In this document: one piece after another, positions 53,044-64,000 of the stretch
Position numbering within the stretch: position 1 is the first letter of the stretch
How the letters are laid out: the number at the start of each line of letters is the position of its first letter
Assembly: GCF_006345805.1 (NCBI RefSeq)
Contig: NC_043000.1
Location: 77,190,001-77,254,000, forward strand
Source: Octopus sinensis
Taxonomy: Eukaryota
Reading direction: 5' to 3'
DNA: 64,000 nucleotides
Notes under the pieces: model-generated
The model's input: only the letters and a program-made list of their open reading frames with translations
The model's database searches: none
Told to the model about the DNA's origin: nothing
Translations under genes and position numbers: made by a program

Positions 53044-53903
53044 GGGGAATAGAGTTTTAGGTAAATAAGAGATTCTCACTTATACCTCTACACATACACA
53101 CAATATACACTCACACATACATATACATATCTACACATACACATATATATGTATACATACACACACTCACTTGCATACACGTATACACACATGTATATAT
53201 ACACACACGACCACACATACATATACACACAGAAAAAATATATATATATATACACGTACACACACATACTCACATACACGCATACACACACAAATCCATA
53301 CACACACATGCACACACAGCACACTAGTCCCTATATACACATATATACACATACACACATATATATACACCCACACATACACATACATACACATATATAT
53401 ACATACATACACATACACATACATATATATATACATACACATATATATATATATATATATACACATATATATACATATGTGTACCCATGCATACCTACAC
53501 ATACACACATATATATATATATATACATATACAAATACAGACCCATTCCCTAATTTTAATTTTATTATCTTCGTTTATTACTTTTGTTATCTTTGGCCGC
53601 TTGGTCACAAACATCTTGGCTATGACAGCCAGACCATTTATCCGTCTACTGGAAAACAATTACTCATTCACTCACGCACACTCATTAGCACGTACACTCA
53701 CTCATTCGTACACTCATACGCATACACGCACGCACGCGTTATATTCATACATACGTACATCTACATACATTCACGTATATACACATACGTACGCGTACCT
53801 ACAGATTCATGTCTACACTTAGAAGGCTAGTCTATACATATACACCAATAAATATAAATACACACACATACATGTACACCTACATACAAATACATACATG
53901 TAC

Positions 53904-53968
<65 letters not shown>

Positions 53969-54387
53969 AATATATACTATATATATATATATATATATAC
54001 GCGTACCTATACAGATTCATGATACCTCTTGAGAAGGCAGTACATACAATACACCAATAAATATAATACACACACATACATGTACACCTAAATACAAAAT
54101 AAATACATGGTACTTATATACATACATACACATATATATATATAATATATATATATATATATAGATATTATTATATATATATATATATAGCCACACATAC
54201 ATAATATACATATATATACATATATATATTCATACTAACATGCATACTCAAAAAATAAGTAAATAGTAAATATATATACACGCAGTTATTCATACATGCA
54301 TACTCAAAAAATAATAAATATTAAGTATATGTACGTGCAGTTACCTATATATAGACGGATACATACATATAATAAACTTACACACAT

Positions 54388-54431
<44 letters not shown>

Positions 54432-54507
54432 TACATAATACACATATATATATAAATAAATATAAATATATACATACACACATACACCTACATGTATACA
54501 CATACAC

Positions 54508-54556
<49 letters not shown>

Positions 54557-54658
54557 ACACACACACATATATATATACATACACACACACACACATATAT
54601 AAATATAAATATAAATATATACATACACACATACACCTAAATATACACATACACACAT

Positions 54659-54704
<46 letters not shown>

Positions 54705-54958
54705 TACACATACATATACATACACATACATACATATATACATACTTACACATGTACATATAAATACACCATAGATAACTCTACGTACCTACACATACAT
54801 AAACACACGAGCGTACGCGCATATGTACATATACATATACCCATGCACACGCATATATATTTACATACATACTACACATACACACATGTATACACACACA
54901 CTCACATACACATATATAATACATAACATATACATACATATACATATTATATTATATA

Positions 54959-55017
<59 letters not shown>

Positions 55018-55025
55018 ATATATAG

Positions 55026-55062
<37 letters not shown>

Positions 55063-55314
55063 ATGTATATGTGTATGTATATATATGTGTATGTGAGTGT
55101 GGTGTATACATGTGTGTATGTGTATGTATGTATGTAAATATATATGCGTGTGCATGGGTATATGTATATGTACATATGCGCGTACGCTCGTGTTGTTTAT
55201 GTATGTGTAGGTAGGTCGTAGAGTTATCTATGTGTGTATTTATATGTACATGTGTAAGTATGTATATATATGTATGTATGTGTATGTATATGTATGTGTA
55301 TGTGTGTGTGTGTG

Positions 55315-55354
<40 letters not shown>

Positions 55355-55441
55355 GTGTATGTGTATATGTAGGTGTATGTGTGTATGTATATATTTATAT
55401 TTATATTTATATATGTGTGTGTGTGTGTATGTATATATATA

Positions 55442-55485
<44 letters not shown>

Positions 55486-55568
55486 GTATGTATGTGTGTA
55501 TGTGTATATGTAGGTGTATGTGTGTATGTATATATTTATATTTATTTATATATATGTGTGTATATATG

Positions 55569-55609
<41 letters not shown>

Positions 55610-55797
55610 CTATGTGTGTAAGTTTATTATATGTATGTATCCGTCTATATAATAGGTAACTGCACGTACATATACTTAATATTTATTATTTTTTGAGTAT
55701 GCATGTATGAATAACTGCGTGTATATATATTTACTATTTACTTATTTTTGAGTATGCATGTTAGTATGAATATATATGTATATATATGTATATATAT

Positions 55798-55853
<56 letters not shown>

Positions 55854-55980
55854 ATGTATGTATATAAGTACATGTATGTATTTGTATGTAGGTGTACATG
55901 TATGTGTGTGTATTTATATTTATTGGTGTATATGTATAGACTAGCCTTCTAAGAGTGTAGACATGAATCTGTAGGTACGC

Positions 55981-56033
<53 letters not shown>

Positions 56034-56886
56034 TGTATGTATTTGTATGTAGGTGTACATGTATGTGTGTGTATTTATATTTATTGGTGTATATGTATAG
56101 ACTAGCCTTCTAAGAGTGTAGACATGAATCTGTAGGTACGCGTACGTATGTGTATATACGTGAATGTATGTAGATGTACGTATGTATGAATATAACGCGT
56201 GCGTGCGTGTTTGCGTAGGAGTGTACGAATGAGTGAGTGTACGTGCTAATGAGTGTGCGTGAGTGAATGAGTAATTGTTTTCCAGTAGACGGATAAATGG
56301 TCTGGCTGTCATAGCCAAGATGTTTGTGACCAAGCGGCCAAAGATAACAAAAGTAATAAACGAAGATATAAAATAAAATAAAATTAGGGAATGGGTCTGT
56401 ATTTGTATATGTATATATATATATATATGTGTGTATGTGTAGGTATGCATGGGTACACATATGTATATATATGTGTATATATATATATATATATGTGTAT
56501 GTATATATATATGTATGTGTATGTATGTATATATATGTGTATGTATGTGTATGTGTGGGTGTATATATATGTGTGTATGTGTATATATGTGTATATAGGG
56601 ACTAGTGTGCTGTGTGTGCATGTGTGTGTATGGATTTGTGTGTGTATGCGTGTATGTGAGTATGTGTGTGTACGTGTATATATATATATATTTTTCTGTG
56701 TGTATATGTATGTGTGGTCGTGTGTGTATATATACATGTGTGTATACGTGTATGCAAGTGAGTGTGTGTATGTATACATATATATGTGTATGTGTAGATA
56801 TGTATATGTATGTGTGAGTGTATATATGTGTGTATGTGTAGAGGTATAAGTGAGAATCTCCTTATTTACCTAAAACTCTATTCCCC

Positions 56887-56938
<52 letters not shown>

Positions 56939-57288
56939 ATATATATATATATATATATATATTTATTTTTTTTTTTATTTTTATTTTTTTATATTTTTTT
57001 ATATATTTTTTATTTTTTATTTTTTATTTTTTATTTTTTATTTTTTATTTTTTTTTTATTTTTTATTTTTTTTTTATTCTCCTATCTAATTTAACACTGA
57101 CTCCTTGACCACTCCCCCAAGTATGATTTTTTGCGCTATGCCAACCCCCAAAAAGTCCCCCACCAACACCCCTTTAAACCTGCCTAAATGTATAAATGCC
57201 AATACAATTCTTGTTAACTAGCTTCCTGAAGATTTCTCTTGAATGAAACAGTTCTAGTCCTGTAGAAGCTCCTTCTATATAATAAATA

Positions 57289-57295
<7 letters not shown>
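52675..57295. repeat. ~4.6-kb palindrome centred near 55000
   Basis: Unique blocks mirror in order: 52690-52900/57065-57285, 53040-53090/56840-56890, 53535-53670/56270-56400, 53790-53860/56085-56140, 54240-54370/55640-55770, 54770-54860/55135-55230. Confidence 0.9.
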
Positions 57296-57335
<40 letters not shown>

Positions 57336-57440
57336 TTATATAGGAGGATAATTTTATCACTTCGTTAAACCGAAGACCAAAAATAAAAATAAGACTGCAG
57401 CTGCAAGTGGTCAGGTGACACCGAGGCGAAAAGAGAAATA

Positions 57441-57688
57441 TATTGAAAGGTATAATGAATAAACACTCCAATCGGTCAAAGCAATTTTATATCATTCCCA
57501 AATTATCAAAAATCGAATATAAATATATATGGCACCCAATGGTAAAACTTAATAGTATAAAATATACACGTATTACTATTGGATGCCCTATTATTTTAAT
57601 ATATATTTATATTCGATTTTTGATAATTTAAGAATGATATAAAGTTGTTTTGACCGATTAGACTGTTTAATCATTATATCTTTCAATA
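57441..57688. mobile_element. MITE-like fold-back with ~90-bp imperfect inverted arms
   Basis: TATTGAAAGGTATAATGAATAAAC.. versus ..GTTTAATCATTATATCTTTCAATA; inner GGCACCCAAT/ATTGGATGCC also pairs. Confidence 0.75.
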
Positions 57689-57699
57689 CATATATGTAT

Positions 57700-57900
57700 A
57701 TTGTTACTTGTTTCAGCCATTTGACATTGGATTGCAGCCATGGTGGGGCACTGACTTGTGTCCCAAGTACATAATTTGTAGGGTCTGGTTCTTATTCTGC
57801 CGTTCTCTTTTGACGTACCACAATTTACGGGGAGGTAAGCAAACCGACACCCGTTGGCAAGCAGTGGTGGGGCACAAACACAGACACACACACACACACA
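57700..57900 (+). mobile_element. SINE
   Basis: TTTCAGCCATTTGACATTGGATTGCAGCCATGG..GTGGTGGGGCACAAACACAGAC, the 7640 family. Confidence 0.65.
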
Positions 57901-58399
57901 TGTATATATATATATATATCATGCATATACGTACATACACACGCATGCGCACACGCACGCACACATACTCGCGCGCGCACACACATATACACACACAAAC
58001 ACACACACATACACACATACACACACACACTACTGCGGTAGTGCTGTGTAACTTATCAGGCTGTGTATTCCAGGTCACCCAAACAAAGAATCCTTTCTGA
58101 CGTGTTCCTTCCCAACGTTAATGATGTCGTTTCCGCCATGTATACAGACATGTTCGATCGATACTTGGTTATTAGAAGATGGACTGAATTGGATTGCCTA
58201 TGTTCAATCCACTGCAAGACGTAGGCCTCAGCATGTTCTCTCCACAGTCTACGGTCTGAGGTGGAGGCTGTGAATTTGAACTCAAGCTCATGCTGGTCTG
58301 ATGAGCCTACTCTGTCATATTGGCTCGACATGGTTTGGTAGAGAGGTTCAGTTTTTATACTCTCACCGAGGAACAATTAAGTAGATAACATCGACTGCA

Positions 58400-58550
58400 A
58401 TGCTTTTCTGGTACTTATTTTATCAATCTCGAAAGGATGAAAGGCAAAGTCGACCTCGGCGGAATTTGAACTCAGAATGTAGGGACGGACGAAATGCCGT
58501 TCAGCATTTTGCCTGGTGTGCCAACAGTTTTGCCAGCTCGCCGCCTAATA
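58400..58550 (-). mobile_element. tRNA-type SINE
   Basis: GAAAGGATGAAAGGCAAAGTCGACCTCGGCGGAATTTGAACTCAG on the plus strand. Confidence 0.8.
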
Positions 58551-58669
58551 GATGTTATTGAGATTTTATGATGTAATATTCAAAGATTGTTTGAGCCGAC
58601 GTTAAGCCTCTGCCTCTCTATTTTCGTTTTAGGTAAAGGTACACAATGTCGCTATTGAAATGGACATTT

Positions 58670-58960
58670 CTGACAATAGTGAATAATTTTCGGGTTTTAA
58701 CATCAATATCTACATCTCATTTAGCATCCAATCGAATGACCCCAGACATATGTATGAGTGCTGGTACAGCAACACATTGAGGGCCACAGATTTATTGTCG
58801 GCAGGGAACCTCGAAGCCTATGTTTTTACATCCGGGTCATGTTCCCTAGTTACGTGTTCCTTATTACAAATACTACCATAGAATATATTTTCTTCCATCT
58901 CTAGGTACTTGTAGTATTCCAGATCTGTTATTGACAGGCCATTAGTAATTAGCTCATTAA
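58670..58960 (-). mobile_element. R4/Dong-like RT thumb fragment
   Basis: EYYKYLEMEEN..NKSVALNV..DIDVKTRKL-like pattern. Confidence 0.5.
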
Positions 58961-58989
58961 TAGTCAGGTTAAAAAAGGAGCAAATAAAA

Positions 58990-59310
58990 ACTGGTACTCC
59001 GTCGGTTACGACGACGAGTGTTCCGGTTGATCAGATCGACGGAACAGCCTGCTCGTGGAATTAACGTGCAAGTGGCTAAGTACTACACAGACACGCGTAT
59101 CCTTAATGTAGCTCTCAGGGAAATTCAGCATGACACAGAATGTGACATGGCTAGCCATTTGAAATGTAGGTAGTGCTCATGTTTGCTAGCTGAGTGAATT
59201 AGGGTAACATGAAATAAAGTGTCTTGCTGAAGGACACAACGCGCTGCCAAGTATCGAACTCACAACCTTACAATCGTGAGCCGAATACCCTGACCACGAG
59301 CCTTCACAAT
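58990..59310 (+). mobile_element. SINE (ACTGGTACTCCGTCGGTTACGACGACGAG family), near full length
   Basis: Continuous match to the recalled consensus through GTGTCTTGCTGAAGGACACAACG..GTGAGCCGAATACCC. Confidence 0.75.
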
Positions 59311-59539
59311 GTAGCCAGGCTGTTGATGTTCAAACTATTAATAATCAGCCATTTTACAATCAGGTAAGAACATTTATGCTGGACAAATCTTATCCGTAAA
59401 ATCCCTTACAAAGTATTTGCCAAAACTATGGATGATAGTACTCGTAAAGCATCTTTGTGACATCTCCAAAGAAATATTATCACAGTATGTTTGATGATAG
59501 GTCTATTTGCAAACAATTAAGCAAACAATTCGCTCAGCT

Positions 59540-62500
59540 TATCACCACCACCGCCGCCGCCGCCGCCGCTGCCGCTACCACCACCGCTGCTGCCATCGCC
59601 GCTGCTGCCACCACCACTGCCATCGCCGCCGCTGCCACCACCGCTGCCGCCGCTGCTACCATCGCTGCTATCACCGCCCCGCCGCCGCCACCACCACCAC
59701 CACCACCTGAGAAAAACAACAACAGGAGATGCAGCAGAAGCAAAAGCCAAAAGCTTCAGCACCACCAACCCCATCACCACCTCCACCAAAAGCGACACCG
59801 CCACCAACCATCATCAGACCAACACCAACACGAAGGACAATGACACCAAAAAAGACAATGATACCATCACCACCACCACCAACAACAACACCAATTTCAA
59901 CAGAGATTACACCACCAACAACAACATCAGATAAAACTGCATTTCGAAACACTACTGAAACAGACCCCAAAGACATTCCCTTTCCCGTCCAAATCAGCTC
60001 GGATAGTGCGAGTATTGATAGTGAGAAAGGGGAGTGGCACACAGTGCCACCGAAAAAGAAAAGAAAAAAAGAATATAAAGTAACAACTGACAAACTGGGG
60101 AGGCGCGAGAAAATAGAGCTTCCCAACATCAACAACAACACGCAGTTACAACAATTAGCAACACCTTCTCCACCACTACCACTGAACACACCAACACACA
60201 CAGACACCACCGCCACCAATACCAACGTTTCAGCAATAAACACGAAAAATGAACTCCTAGTGATATACTTGAAAAACAATACAGACACAAAAATTTAAGA
60301 ATTTGTCATACCCACTCACAACACACCCACCAGCACACATACTCACACTGAAAATTTCGCACGACATCTATGATAAAATAAAAAACAAATTTCCGGACGA
60401 TGTTGGGTCGCTAGGGAGAAGTTTCTCCAAAAAACTCTTTAGAAATCTGGTGGAAATACTTACACAGAAGCACAATGGAGCCACCCCACCAGGCAACAGC
60501 CGTAAGTAGAGCCTTTTCTCCTTGATAAATACTTTTTTGAAACATGGTCGTGCTCAGAGAGGCCCCAGGTCGCCTTGGAAACAAGGTCACCTGTTAAACG
60601 ACCTGAGGTTTTACAGTGTGGATGTAACAGCCATTAGCGAAACCAGACACGCCGTCTCGTGGGAACTCGCAACCCTTTTCGGCGGATACGAGATTTTTCT
60701 ATCTCCGTGTCAGCCTGGAGCGGTCGGTATTGGTACTGCGGTGTTATTTCGTAAAAACCTGGATTTGAAAATAAAGATAGTCTTCCTGGGTCTAGAGGGT
60801 AAGTTGTTGGTCATGGACGTGGACGGTAGTGACGGGGGTGCCTTCAGACTGCTGGTTGTCTACGCTTCGAGAGGAACAGGGCAGTCGGATTATTTCAAGT
60901 GTCTGGAGGTTTTCTTGAGTACGTCCCGCACTTTAGTGCTAGTTGGGGTTTGGAACGCTGTCTTAGACGAATGTTTTGATAGGGTAGGCGCGGGAGCATC
61001 TGATAGGAGAGTGGGGGTGCAAGAGCCTCGCTAACCTACTCAGACGCTTTCATCTGTCTGACAGATATCGACTAGACAACCCAAATGTGCCAATGTGGAG
61101 AACTGACATTGCTAAGAAAGAACCCAAACAATGGGGACGTGATAGGGAACTTTAGGCCCAACTGAGTGCAGAGTTGAAGAATCTTGCCAAGGTGCTAGCC
61201 AAGGGGTTGGCGCTTGTCATGGACAAGCTGATTGGCAAGGCGCAGACATGTGCCGTGCCCACCAGATCTATCCACGATAATCTCCATCTCATGCGCAACG
61301 TCATAGAGAGGGTGGATAACGAAGCTGGGACGGGTGGGGATTTGATCAATTTAGATCAGTCTAAAGCCTTCGATAAGGTCGACCATCAGTATCTAGCAGC
61401 TGTTTTCCGGATAGCCGGTTTCGGTCTGCTCTTCTGCAGATGGATCGCTGCTTTGTACAGCGGCATCTTCTCAGTTATACGGGTGAACGGTCACCTATCG
61501 GAGCCGTTCGACATCTCGCGTTCGGTCCGCCAAGGATGCCCTCTCTTCACCCTCTCTACGTATTTACTCTCGAGCCATTACTGCGGAAGTTGGAGGCTTT
61601 GAGGGTTGTCCCGCGTTAGCTGGGATGTGGAAAAAGCGTGTCTGCCTATGCCGACGACGTCACCGTGATAGTGTCGAGCCACAGGCACATCGACCAGATT
61701 GACGAGACGCTAAACGAGTACAAAGCGGTGACAGGTGCGAAAATTAACGCAGAAAAGTCGGTCGGCTTGCAACTGGGCGCCTAGAGGGGCAAGTACATGC
61801 CGTCCAACAGCGTCGTAGTGCGCTGGACAGACGGTCCCGTTAAATTGCTCGGGGTCTGTTTCAGTCCGGACCTCTAGGTGGAGAAAAATGGAGACGAAGT
61901 GACGAGCAGGGTGGCCAATCTCACCAAGAAATAGGCCGAGAGGAAGCTGTCCCTGAAAGGTCGAGCGGAGGTGGCGAATGCGTACATCGTATCCGTCATC
62001 TATTACCGATTGGCCGTCGTCCCTTGTCCCGACCGCTGGTTGGCCAAGCTGGTGCGATTGCTCTTCAACTTTCTGTGGAAGATACCATTGGTCAGGCGCT
62101 ACATCTGCTGTCAACAACCGCTGAACGGAGGCCTTGGCATGCCGTGGTTGCTGATGCGCAGACATGCGCTCAGGCTGCAGCATCTCAAGCTTTTTCTGGA
62201 CGGTGAGCAGGTGTGGTCGTCAGACTCGACTTTCCGCAGCTCGTCTCTTTGACCGAGCTGCAATCTTGGATCAGACGTAGACCGAGAAAGGGCGCTTGGC
62301 ACCACGAGTGCAGTCAAGCTCTCACAGCCCTCCACCAGGCGGGTTAAATGCGGTCGGTAGTAGTTCCACTCTAGCGTTCTATAGAGGGTTAGTTGAGGAA
62401 AAGTGCGACAACGTTCTCGAGGAAACTCTAGGCGTCGATGATAATCAGCTAAACAGATTGTTCGTAAGAACTTTCGGGCCGAGCCCATGGATAACTTCCA

Positions 62501-62720
62501 AAGGTCCCTCGCCTGACAGCGCTGCTTGCTCCAGATAAACTCTACCGGTACGGAAGTGCCGTCAGCCGGGCCTGCTCGAAGTGTACTCAGAGCGACGAAA
62601 CCGTTCTGCATGCGCTCGTCCAGTGTCCGAGTATTGCTGATCTGTAGGTTTATGTCGAACAGTTACTGTCGCGTGTAGGACGAATCCGGCTATCATCTGA
62701 ATCCATAGTGAAGAGGAGCT
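59540..62720 (+). mobile_element. Decayed L1/Tx1-clade LINE with an internal deletion
   Basis: SPWKQGHLLNDLR..AISET, LDQSKAFDKVDH, SVRQGCP, AYADDV; several stops; sequence jumps from the APE end (~61100) to the RT start (~61145). Confidence 0.9.
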
Positions 62721-62744
62721 GGCGGCAGAGGGGAGCTGGCAGCA

Positions 62745-62900
62745 TCGTTTGCACGTCGGGCGAAATGCTTAGTGGCATTTCATCTGTCTTTAAGCTTTGA
62801 AATCTAATTCTACTGAGGTTGACTTTACCTTTCATCCTTTCGGAGTCGATGAAATAAGTACCAGTTGAACACTGAGGTCGATGTAATTGATTCATCCCCT
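62745..62900 (+). mobile_element. tRNA-type SINE
   Basis: GGGCGAAATGCTTAGTGGCATTTC..GAGGTTGACTTTACCTTTCATCCTTTCGGAGTCGATG. Confidence 0.75.
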
Positions 62901-62938
62901 CCGCCCAAAAGCTCTCATCATCATCATCATCATCATCA

Positions 62939-62979
<41 letters not shown>

Positions 62980-62999
62980 GTTATCATCATCATCATTGC

Positions 63000-63594
63000 T
63001 TTTGCACAGCTTCTAACGCTGGAGATGTATTACGGTGTTAGCTGTTCACTACCAGTGAACTAAGGTAACACCTCTTATTTTTCGAGAACCTTCGGGAGTA
63101 TTCGAGCGGTTCCAAGCAGTGCTGTTTTATACGAGAGCCCCTTACTGCGGCCCCCATTTGTTCCATGTACTTCTCAAGATTTTTACTCATGGTTCCTAGG
63201 GCTCCGACAATTATTGGTACTACTACCACCTTTTTCATCGACCACAACTGGTTGACCTCCCAAGCTAACCTGTCATATCTATCGACTTTTCCTTCTTCCT
63301 TATTGCATACCTTGTTGTCAGTTGGACATGCTATATCTATGATCCAGCAAAGTTTGCTTTCTTTCTCAATTAAGACAATGTCTGGCTTCCTATTTTCTAT
63401 CTCATGGTCGCACTGAATGATAAAATCCCGTAGGATCTTTACATTATCATTTTCGATGATGCCTTCGGGATTGTGGTCGTACCAATTTTTTGCTCTGTCA
63501 AGTCCATACTTGTGGCAAAGTATCCAATAGACAAGCCTTGCTATACTGTCGTGGCGTCTCTTATATTCCTTCTGGGCTGGTGGTGTACATTGAC

Positions 63595-63597
<3 letters not shown>
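63000..63597 (-). mobile_element. 5'-truncated R4/Dong-like RLE LINE
   Basis: AQKEYKRRHD..ENDNVKILRDF..ENRKPDIVLIEK..IDIACP..VPIIVGALG; (TAA/TGA)n tail at 62917-62996. Confidence 0.85.
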
Positions 63598-63664
<67 letters not shown>

Positions 63665-63715
63665 GCATCGAAAAATACCTTAGGAATGAGAACCCAGGTT
63701 CGAAATTTCCCCAAG

Positions 63716-63759
63716 ACACCTGATGAAGTCTGGCGGGTATATCAGCCGAAACGTTGTGT
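63716..63759 (+). ncRNA. Minimal hammerhead ribozyme motif in a PLE pLTR (about 63665-63820)
   Basis: ACAC-CTGATGA-A-GTCTG..CAGCC-GAAAC-GT-T-GTGT; AACGTT palindrome spans stem III. Confidence 0.6.
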
Positions 63760-64000
63760 TAACAACAAACAAGATGAGGACGAATATCCGTCAAATGTAA
63801 ATAATGAAAATAATGGAAATTTTTTATGTTCGCTGCTCTCACACGTCTTTGCCAATATATACACAGTGAAGCTTTACTATAGCGTCGTAAATTTATGAAC
63901 TGCTATTTCCAGTAAACATAGGTACCTTGTTGTACCACTTCTTTCTCTCTCTCTCTCTCTACACACACATATATATATATAAACATACATACACACACAT

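Noticed and set aside
57215-57260. Hammerhead at CTGAAGATTTCTCTTGAATGAAACAG (mirrored at ~52710-52750)
   Set aside because: Core-like, but stem I is offset by 4 nt and stem II has a closing mismatch; not called.
59457-59843. Poly-Ala/Pro ORF resembling a transcription-factor N-terminus
   Set aside because: It lies in the 5'/ORF1 region of the decayed Tx1 LINE and has no DNA-binding domain.

Overview
AT-rich, repeat-saturated animal DNA. The SINE families, Penelope pseudo-LTR (pLTR) types and compound microsatellites look like those of an octopod cephalopod (inference from recalled repeat consensus, not a database match). No host protein-coding gene can be called confidently; most listed ORFs are microsatellite translations or transposon debris. 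Recognisable content: decayed DNA transposons (two mariner, Tigger/pogo, rosa-like, maT-like, Chapaev3-like); an internally deleted Gypsy LTR element (16.8-19.1 kb); a near full-length L1/Tx1-clade LINE in a (TATC)n tract (26.3-32.1 kb) whose ORF2 is broken only by 1-bp frameshifts; a second, decayed Tx1-like LINE; CR1, RTE and R4/Dong fragments; many tRNA-type SINEs; and many Penelope-like elements (PLEs). The PLE ends carry hammerhead ribozyme motifs that can be folded by eye. Between 43.9 and 57.7 kb they form a stack of fold-back structures ending in a ~4.6-kb palindrome, which is either real or a long-read artefact. Coordinates of decayed elements are approximate and all alignments were done by eye.
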